64,000 nt of DNA from an uncultured Dehalococcoidales bacterium. Lineage in GTDB: Bacteria; Chloroflexota; Dehalococcoidia; Dehalococcoidales; UBA5760. Of this stretch, positions 58,084 through 64,000 are shown piece by piece. Below the pieces are notes generated by a model that worked only from the letters and a program-made list of their open reading frames with translations, was not told the DNA's origin and did no database searches. Both the position numbers and the translations under genes were made by a program. Each line of letters begins with the position of its first letter. Position 1 is the first letter of the stretch. The DNA is taken from assembly GCA_964472625.1 (NCBI GenBank), contig CAYYLM010000006.1, forward strand, positions 1,315 to 65,314, read 5' to 3'.

Positions 58084-58113
58084 AATCTACCACTTTTGGG
58101 TCTCGTTTGTCAA
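58084..58113 (-). promoter_or_regulatory. hrcA-grpE-dnaK-dnaJ promoter
   Basis: Minus strand: TTGACA (58113-58108), 18 nt, TAGATT (58089-58084), immediately upstream of CIRCE. Confidence 0.6.
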
Positions 58114-58279
58114 TTACAGCGCCAGCTAAATGGGTGGCGGTAGTGATCGCTTCTTACGGCATGACTTGGCCTGGTGGCAAGATTATCTGTGGCATGCCCA
58201 TCCGGCGCCGGTGCGTTATAGAGCTTCGTAAAATTTCTGCTTAATTCCCCAAAGACCTAGATAAAAGTGTTGTAAAATG

Positions 58280-58288
58280 TGATATAAT
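58280..58288 (+). promoter_or_regulatory. Extended -10 element (TGaTATAAT) upstream of the repeat-protein gene
   Basis: tgatataat at 58280-58288, ~85 nt upstream of the ATG at 58375. No good -35. Confidence 0.4.
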
Positions 58289-58374
58289 ACCTCAACAGGT
58301 TATGGTGGCTGTAGCCTGACCACTAACCACTAGAGATTTAGTACTGGGTGATCATCAGAAGGAGGTAAGGAGAT

Positions 58375-60684
58375 ATGAGAAAAACGATCTTTATGCTTTT
58401 TTCATCTTTTTTGGTTGTAGCCTTGGTTGCGGTTATTCCCGCCGATCTAGCAGCGGCTAAACTGGTTTCTCCCCCGCAGCCGACGGAGCCTGTCTCAGCT
58501 CAGCAAGCGGATATCGAGGCGTTAATCGAGGATATTCTTCTTGAGCTTAATCAGGCTAAGGGAATGACCACTGATCAGGGGGTCATCGACGAGATAGATG
58601 GCATCATGGATGCGGTGAGAAAGCTCGAATGGCTGGAATTTACTAATCAGGAAGAGGGGGCCCTGAGCCTTAAGCGCGCCATCGCCGAGCGCCTTGAGAA
58701 GCTGATAAATGACCTCCCCTTGGCTACAGCCGGAATGACCACGGCAGTGGCAGCGGTGCCAGCATCAAACCCGCTTTATGAGGAGTTGGTAAGGGTGCGC
58801 GCCAAAATAGATCGGCTTATTGAGCTGGAGACGCCTTCCCTAGAGATTACGCCGGTACCACCGCCAACAATTTCACGAGTACCAGAAACGGAAAGACTGA
58901 TTGTTTATTCCGCTAAGTTCCTCTGTGGTCCCGCTTTTGGTAAGGAAGGTGTCCAGCCCGGCTCATACTCCACGGCGATAAACGTGCACAATCCCCATAA
59001 CGGGACGGTCTACCTCTACAAGAAGGCGGTGATTGCCGAACGTGAGGATGAACCCCGGGGTAGGATATCTGACTTGCGGAAGGTTGTCTTAGGCCCAGAT
59101 GAAGCGATTGAGATTGATTGTATTGATGTCTATAGTCTCCTCGGTCCCGGAGAGGACGAAACCGAGGAGACACAGCAGACCGAAGCCGGACTGACTACCC
59201 TCTCTATCGATACCAGTAATATCAGCCCGGTAAGCTCTCTGGTTCGGTTTATCAAGGGCTTTGTCGTTATTTATGCTTCCGCCCCGCTGGATGTGGTCGC
59301 CGTTTATACGGCGAGCACTACCGTTGGCTTCAGCCTTGATGTGGAGTACCTGTCGCCCTCAACGGCGGCTACTGTGCCGGTTACTGAGGAGGAGGAATGT
59401 CCTCAAGGATGTCGCTGCTTGACGAGGGAGGAGGCAGTGGAATTGGGGCTCACTGCCCCCTGCAACGGGGAGATGACAATATGCGAGTATGACGACCAGC
59501 AGAATCCACTGAGGTATTGTTTTGGCAAACCACCCGAGCAGGTTCCCTGCCCTGATAAGTGTGAGTGCTTGGCACTTACGCCGGCAGAAGCGGAGAGGCT
59601 TGGCTACTCTCTGTGTGACGGGCGGGAAACAGTCTGCGGCTACGATGCTCAGCAGAACCGGATGCTTTGTTATGAGAAGACGACCGAGGTGGAGTGTCCT
59701 CAGGGGTGTGTGTGTTTGGCTGAGACGGTGGCTGATGGATTGGACTACCCTCTCTGTGACGGGGAAAAGACATGGTGTGGTACTGACTCCACTGGGATTG
59801 ATATGTACTGCTATGAAAGGACGACCCAGGTAGAGTGTCCCCAGGGGTGTGAGTGCTTGGCACTTACGCCGGCCGAAGCGAGGGAGAAGGGCTTAGTTCA
59901 GTGTCTTGACGTCAGCTGTGGTACTGATGCGGATGGTAACATGATGTACTGCTATCGGGAGCCGACCCAGGTAGAGTGTCCCCAGGGGTGCGAGTGCTTG
60001 GCACTTACGCCGGCCGCGGCGGAGGAGCAGGGCTTGGCTCAGTGTCTTGACGTTAGCTGTGGCACCGATTCGGCTGGTAACGTGATGTACTGCTATGAAA
60101 GGGCGACCCAGGTGGAATGTCCCCAGGGGTGCGAGTGCTTGGCACTTACGCCGGCCGAGGCGGAGGAGAAAGGCCTGGCTCAGTGTCTTGACGTCAGCTG
60201 TGGCACTGATGCTTCGGGCAGGGTGATGTACTGCTATGAGGAGACAACCGAGGCAGAGTGTCCTCAGGGGTGTGAGTGCTTGAGCGAGCTGGATGCAAGG
60301 AAGCTTGGCTATTCTTCTCTGTGCGGTGGACAGTATATACCGTGTGATTACGTGCCGGGCGGACCCCAGAAGTGGTGCTATGAGCCAGCTGTGGCGGCGA
60401 GAATCACCATTGAACCTACCCAGGATAGTAACCTGATTGGCACTGAGCATACCGTTACCGTGCTTGTTTACGATAAGTATGGTAATCTGCTGCCGAACGC
60501 AAAGGTGACGATTACTGTCGGTGGTGTCCATAGCCTCGGCCCGGTTACACTGACGACGAATACCAGTGGCAAGGTTGTCTTTGAGTATACGGGTAAGAGC
60601 GCTGGCACCGACACCATCGTGGCTACTGTTGACGGCTTACAGGCTACGGCTTTCAAAACATGGTATCAACGTGGTCAACAATAG
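58375..60684 (+). CDS. Secreted multidomain protein: signal peptide, acidic helical region, AKFLCG/INVHNP beta-rich domain, 7 tandem 6-Cys repeats, C-terminal bacterial Ig-like (Big) domain
   Basis: Signal peptide ...IPADLAAA. Seven units of ECPQGC[ERV]CL-x(12-15)-C-x(5-7)-C-x(10-11)-C[YF]. C-terminus ITIEPTQDSNLIGTEHTVTVLVYDKYGNLLPNAKVTITV...TDTIVATVDG is Big/invasin-like. Confidence 0.75.
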   Translation: MRKTIFMLFSSFLVVALVAVIPADLAAAKLVSPPQPTEPVSAQQADIEALIEDILLELNQAKGMTTDQGVIDEIDGIMDAVRKLEWLEFTNQEEGALSLKRAIAERLEKLINDLPLATAGMTTAVAAVPASNPLYEELVRVRAKIDRLIELETPSLEITPVPPPTISRVPETERLIVYSAKFLCGPAFGKEGVQPGSYSTAINVHNPHNGTVYLYKKAVIAEREDEPRGRISDLRKVVLGPDEAIEIDCIDVYSLLGPGEDETEETQQTEAGLTTLSIDTSNISPVSSLVRFIKGFVVIYASAPLDVVAVYTASTTVGFSLDVEYLSPSTAATVPVTEEEECPQGCRCLTREEAVELGLTAPCNGEMTICEYDDQQNPLRYCFGKPPEQVPCPDKCECLALTPAEAERLGYSLCDGRETVCGYDAQQNRMLCYEKTTEVECPQGCVCLAETVADGLDYPLCDGEKTWCGTDSTGIDMYCYERTTQVECPQGCECLALTPAEAREKGLVQCLDVSCGTDADGNMMYCYREPTQVECPQGCECLALTPAAAEEQGLAQCLDVSCGTDSAGNVMYCYERATQVECPQGCECLALTPAEAEEKGLAQCLDVSCGTDASGRVMYCYEETTEAECPQGCECLSELDARKLGYSSLCGGQYIPCDYVPGGPQKWCYEPAVAARITIEPTQDSNLIGTEHTVTVLVYDKYGNLLPNAKVTITVGGVHSLGPVTLTTNTSGKVVFEYTGKSAGTDTIVATVDGLQATAFKTWYQRGQQ
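59392..60393 (+). repeat. Coding tandem array of seven 141-150-bp units (47-50 aa each)
   Basis: Unit boundaries: 59392, 59542, 59689, 59830, 59971, 60112, 60253. Units 4-6 (59830-60252) are exactly 141 bp, and their first ~46 nt are almost identical. Confidence 0.85.
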
Positions 60685-60732
60685 GCAAGGTAGCCCTGGG
60701 TGATAGAAAGTCCTCGGTGAATGCTACTAATT

Positions 60733-60766
60733 AAAGCTGGGGGTCTAGGTAAAGGCCCCCAGCTTT
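60733..60766. terminator. Bidirectional terminator hairpin between convergent genes
   Basis: 11-bp stem aaagctggggg / cccccagcttt (60733-60743 / 60756-60766) with A/T runs on both sides. Confidence 0.7.
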
Positions 60767-60826
60767 AGCCATTGTAGAAGCTGCTACTAGGCGTACGGGG
60801 TAGGCAAGGCCTGGAGGGGAGAGATT

Positions 60827-61276
60827 TCACTGAACCTTGAAAGATACACTTGCGGCTTCTTTACCGTTAAGATAAAGAACTAGCTTGTAATCGCCCACTG
60901 GCCAGCTGCTACCCGGACGCGTTATCGATGAGCTAAGATATTGGGTGCCTTCAGCGGATGTACTCCAGGTATCGATCAGTAAGTCCTCTGGGACGTATAT
61001 CCACTCTGACTTTATCTCGGTACCAGCCGGGGCGTTGGAAAGCTTAGCCGAGCCGAAGATTTCCGGCGTGTCGGGGGTAAAGGTAGTGGTCGGTTCAACT
61101 GCTTCTCCAGTTTGTGGGTTCACCGATTTGCAGGTAGTAGCCTGACTTAGGGAGGGAGTGGCAGAGGTAGTGGGAAAACCAACCCCGCCTGCGCAGCCAG
61201 CTAGAGGTATTGCCAGCATTGCCGCCAGAGCAAGTACAATTATGAGTGATACAAATAGCTTATTTCCTTTCATCAT
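60827..61276 (-). CDS. Hypothetical lipoprotein
   Basis: Signal peptide with lipobox PLAG-C, followed by a beta-rich domain. Confidence 0.6.
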   Translation of the reverse strand: MMKGNKLFVSLIIVLALAAMLAIPLAGCAGGVGFPTTSATPSLSQATTCKSVNPQTGEAVEPTTTFTPDTPEIFGSAKLSNAPAGTEIKSEWIYVPEDLLIDTWSTSAEGTQYLSSSITRPGSSWPVGDYKLVLYLNGKEAASVSFKVQ

Positions 61277-61398
61277 TGTCTAACCTCCGTCCTATAGTTC
61301 TCCCTTAACTGCTTAGCGGTATTTAAGCATAATTCTGGCGTGGCGTCAACTGAGTATTGATTATACCCGAGAAAGAGTAAATCCAGCGAAGTTAAAAT

Positions 61399-61438
61399 AA
61401 AGAGGAGAGGTAACATAGGTAAGGCACCTCTCCTCTTT
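61399..61438 (-). terminator. Intrinsic terminator of the zinc-ribbon gene
   Basis: 13-bp stem aaagaggagaggt / acctctcctcttt (61399-61411 / 61426-61438). On the minus strand it is followed by attttaactt. Confidence 0.65.
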
Positions 61439-61462
61439 GATTTGACCCTTTAAATACTGGAG

Positions 61463-61813
61463 TTAACCCCTGACTTTAGCGTAGCACTCGCTGCAGTACA
61501 CGGGTCGTCCTTCTCTAGGCTCAAAGGGTACCTGCGTCTCTTTGCCACACGATGCACATATTGCATCATGCATCTGCCTCGGCCGTCGGTAGCCGTAGCT
61601 ATCGTCACCATACAATTCACGGCGCTGCTGTCTTCGGGCTTGTCGGCAGTCAGGACAGCGCTTGGGCTCATTGGTGAGTCCCTTTGCGGCAAAGAACTCC
61701 TGCTCTTGGGCGCTGAAGATAAAATCTGCACCGCACTCCACACAGGTCAGGTTTTTGTCCTCGTAGCTCACGGATGTCCTCCCTTCTTTGGTATTCGGTT
61801 TCAGTTTGGTCAT
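61463..61813 (-). CDS. Double zinc-ribbon (CxxC...CxxC x2) small basic protein
   Basis: CVECGADF...CPDCR and CASCGKETQVPF...VYCSECY. The ATG at 61813 is the likely start. Confidence 0.65.
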   Translation of the reverse strand: MTKLKPNTKEGRTSVSYEDKNLTCVECGADFIFSAQEQEFFAAKGLTNEPKRCPDCRQARRQQRRELYGDDSYGYRRPRQMHDAICASCGKETQVPFEPREGRPVYCSECYAKVRG

Positions 61814-61902
61814 CCATGGCTTGAGAACTGGTCTGCTACGGAACCGCACGATGGTAATGGCAAACTGTTAACCGGTAGGCCTAATAGACCTCTAGACATA
61901 AA

Positions 61903-61933
61903 ATTATACACCACACAGGTGGAAGTTTGTCAA
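61903..61933 (-). promoter_or_regulatory. Possible promoter of the zinc-ribbon gene
   Basis: Minus strand: TTGACA (61933-61928), 19 nt, TATAAT (61908-61903). Confidence 0.4.
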
Positions 61934-62098
61934 GTGAGAAAGGCTCCCAGGATTGACAACTCCCGTTAATGAGCTTATCTGCCGGTAGGTGGCCAGTGAC
62001 ACTCTGACCAGTAGATCACTATACCGACCTTCTTCCCTCAGTTTGGCTAGTCTTTCCTGCAATGTGGTCATCGTTTCTTCGACCTTGGCTGGCGTCAA
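61904..62098 (-). CDS. Doubtful small ORF (55-64 aa)
   Basis: Only a TTG (62098) or a weakly SD-preceded ATG (62071) as start. The 3' end coincides with the promoter-like element above. No recognisable family. Confidence 0.2.
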   Translation of the reverse strand: MTPAKVEETMTTLQERLAKLREEGRYSDLLVRVSLATYRQISSLTGVVNPGSLSHLTNFHLCGV

Positions 62099-62142
62099 TT
62101 TGGGTGCTAAAATCTAATACGGAGAGATAAGGATTAGCACCC

Positions 62143-63036
62143 ATGGGTGATGTTCTGGTTGGCACCTGTTCCTGGACAGACCCGGCCCTTATTGAAAGCG
62201 GTCGCTTCTATCCTAACTGGGCACGTTCAGCCGAAGCCCGCCTTCGGTATTATGCCAGCCAGTTTCTTCTGGTTGAGGTGGATAGCACCTATTACGCTCT
62301 ACCCAGCGAGAGGACCAGCGGGCTCTGGGTAAGCAGAACCGGGGATAGTTTCATATTTGACGTTAAGGCGTTCCGTCTTTTTACGCAGCATCCGACTCCG
62401 TTAGCCTCGCTCCCGGGGGATATTAGGGAAGCACTGCCTAAGGAGATAGCCGGAAGGGGTAGCCTATACTATCGTGACCTACCCAGCGAGTTACTAGACG
62501 AGGTCTGGCGCCGCTTTGAACGGGCGCTACTGCCTTTGGATAGCTCGGGTAAGCTCGGGGTGGTGCTCTTTCAGTTTCCGCCCTGGTTTTCTGCCGGTGG
62601 TGAACCGCTTAGCTATATCCTTGCCTGTCGGGCGAGGCTACCCCAATACAAGATAGCCGTGGAATTTCGGCATAGCTCCTGGCTAAATGAGAAAAACGCT
62701 ACCCGCACCGTAAATTTCCTGAGGGATAACGGTTTGCCCTTGGTGTGCGTCGACGAACCGCAGGGGTTTAGATCCAGCCTGCCACCGATTGCTGAAGCCA
62801 CCGCTGACATTGCGGTCATCAGGTTTCACGGCAGAAATAGAGAGACCTGGGAGAAGGGCGGCATCACCGTTGCTGAGCGTTTTAACTATCTTTACTCCGA
62901 GGATGAGCTTACTGAGTGGCTGCCGCGGATTAGGCATCTTAGTTCGGTGACCCGCCAGCTTCACGTTCTATTCAACAACTGTTACCAGGACAAGGCAGTA
63001 ACCAATGGCCGTCAGATACAGCTCATGCTAGACTAG
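62143..63036 (+). CDS. DUF72 (UPF0759) family protein
   Basis: GTCSWTDP...FYP...RLRYYASQF.LVEVDSTYYALP...FQFPPWF...EFRHSSW. Confidence 0.8.
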   Translation: MGDVLVGTCSWTDPALIESGRFYPNWARSAEARLRYYASQFLLVEVDSTYYALPSERTSGLWVSRTGDSFIFDVKAFRLFTQHPTPLASLPGDIREALPKEIAGRGSLYYRDLPSELLDEVWRRFERALLPLDSSGKLGVVLFQFPPWFSAGGEPLSYILACRARLPQYKIAVEFRHSSWLNEKNATRTVNFLRDNGLPLVCVDEPQGFRSSLPPIAEATADIAVIRFHGRNRETWEKGGITVAERFNYLYSEDELTEWLPRIRHLSSVTRQLHVLFNNCYQDKAVTNGRQIQLMLD

Positions 63037-63068
63037 CCACACTTTCCAATTTTCTCTCTTTGTGGGTA

Positions 63069-63097
63069 TTGACAAAACTCAATTTATAGTGTATGTT
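63069..63097 (+). promoter_or_regulatory. Promoter of the membrane-protein/HTH operon
   Basis: TTGACA (63069-63074), 17 nt, TATGTT (63092-63097). Followed by a direct repeat GTTAGAAATA x2 (63095-63104, 63111-63120). Confidence 0.5.
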
Positions 63098-63138
63098 AGA
63101 AATATATAACGTTAGAAATACCTAACAGGGGGCCGCCG

Positions 63139-63765
63139 ATGAAAATGAGAAGAGCACTCTTAGCGGCTGGTATCATGGCTCTGGTATTAGTGATTCTTCT
63201 TGTTTCGTTAAAGGAATACTATGTGGCTATTGCCCTGGCTGTCGGGGTTTTCATTATTGGCCGCCGCGAGTTCTGGTACCTGATAAGGAAGCGGAGATTC
63301 CCACCCTTTGATGAGAGGGTACGCGAGAACATGAGGAAGTCAGCCCGTAATGGTTTTATCTTCTTCGCTATCGCCTCGGCAGCACTGATGCTGTTCTCCA
63401 CTATAAACCTGAGTTATGTTACTGACCGCAATCCGGTGCATCTCATGAGTGGCCTCTTCCTGGCCGGTGGACTGGTCTATCTGCTGTCCTATATCTTCTA
63501 TGACCGAATAGAGCCTAAGCTGGGTGGGGGTGAGTTACGGCGGCTGAAGACCTTTCTTCAGGTAGCTGGAATCGCGGCTGGAGCCGGCGTTAGCAGTGTT
63601 ATCCTCCACAACGCCGTAAGCGCTCTACTGGGGATTGAGGAGGCCGTTTTCTTTGTCATCGCTGTTATTCTGTCACCCGGGGCGATTGCAGTCGGCTTGG
63701 TTGGCGGGCTGGTTATATGTGTCCGGGGACTAATACGGAAGCAACCAGCCCAAATATCCGAATGA
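63139..63765 (+). CDS. Multi-pass membrane protein (partner of the downstream HTH regulator)
   Basis: About 5 hydrophobic helices. 10-25 nt upstream of a small XRE regulator, an arrangement I recall as common for this kind of pair. Confidence 0.5.
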   Translation: MKMRRALLAAGIMALVLVILLVSLKEYYVAIALAVGVFIIGRREFWYLIRKRRFPPFDERVRENMRKSARNGFIFFAIASAALMLFSTINLSYVTDRNPVHLMSGLFLAGGLVYLLSYIFYDRIEPKLGGGELRRLKTFLQVAGIAAGAGVSSVILHNAVSALLGIEEAVFFVIAVILSPGAIAVGLVGGLVICVRGLIRKQPAQISE

Positions 63766-63790
63766 ATATGTCAACTTGAGTGGCACACTG

Positions 63791-63985
63791 GTGAAGACGA
63801 GAATAAAGGAATATCGCACCAAGCGCAATCTGACCCAGGAAAGGTTGGCGGAACTAGTCGGGGTCAGGCGGGAGACTATTATCTTCTTGGAGCAGGGAAA
63901 GTATAACCCTTCACTAAGGCTGGCTCACAATGTGGCTCGGGCGTTGGGGGTTACTATTGATGAGCTATTCATTTTTGAGGATTAG
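63791..63985 (+). CDS. Small XRE-family HTH transcriptional regulator
   Basis: (M)[59 protein letters not shown]. The GTG at 63791 fits the family N-terminus; the ORF-track TTG is at 63776. Confidence 0.8.
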   Translation: MKTRIKEYRTKRNLTQERLAELVGVRRETIIFLEQGKYNPSLRLAHNVARALGVTIDELFIFED

Positions 63986-64000
63986 TGGGGATGGGAATTA

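Noticed and set aside
58037-58093. N-terminal extension of hrcA in the ORF track (GTG start at 58093). Similar extensions occur at 1334-1453 (XRE), 18399-18506 (msrB), 49334-49438 (membrane protein), 14612-14641 (HD) and 22995-23018.
   Set aside because: The extensions run through regulatory elements (CIRCE for hrcA) or overlap the preceding gene. Internal ATG/GTG codons with good SD sequences reproduce the family N-termini.
59392-60393. Regularly spaced ~141-bp repeats, considered as a CRISPR-like or non-coding array.
   Set aside because: The repeats are in frame within a long ORF, conserve a Cys pattern at the protein level, have no spacer/repeat alternation, and have no cas genes nearby.
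62102-62142. TTAGCAC half-sites upstream of DUF72, considered as a second CIRCE/HrcA operator.
   Set aside because: The orientation is everted (GTGCTAA...TTAGCAC) and the spacing is 23 nt rather than 9 nt. DUF72 is not a known heat-shock gene. The site is kept only as a generic inverted repeat.

Overview
This 64-kb chromosomal window is tightly packed, with many gene junctions of 1-10 nt or overlapping. Sampled 60-nt lines of core genes count about 52-67% GC. From gene content alone it looks like a compact anaerobic Chloroflexota (Dehalococcoidia-like) genome; this is an inference, not a search result. I call about 60 protein genes. I saw no rRNA, tRNA or CRISPR array by eye. Core content: uvrA, an sbcC-like ATPase, msrB, pcm, xerC/D, rsmI, metG, a polyprenyl synthase, moaE, ftsH, a dksA-like/lspA/rluD cluster, gltX, glnS, mutM, polA, argF, der-plsY-gpsA, and the hrcA-grpE-dnaK-dnaJ operon with a CIRCE operator. 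A six-gene minus-strand cluster (4479-11592) joins archaeal-type GAPDH and PGK to an aldehyde:ferredoxin oxidoreductase and three dehydrogenases. Accessory or unusual regions: (1) 1-4320 is the right end of an AT-richer integrated element carrying a large serine recombinase, inserted into comM; its exonuclease gene is broken by an in-frame TGA. (2) gltX is compositionally mosaic: its anticodon-binding-domain part and the adjacent glnS are low GC, and a frameshifted GC-rich relic of the original gltX 3' end survives after glnS. (3) A low-GC lone HEPN (R-x4-H) gene sits directly upstream of gltX. (4) A 371-bp AT-rich intergenic region holds a consensus promoter, an intrinsic terminator and alternative hairpins, making it a candidate small RNA or leader. 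(5) A 769-aa secreted protein carries seven 6-Cys repeats, three of which form near-identical 141-bp DNA repeats. All calls come from reading the translations and sequence; no database search was run.
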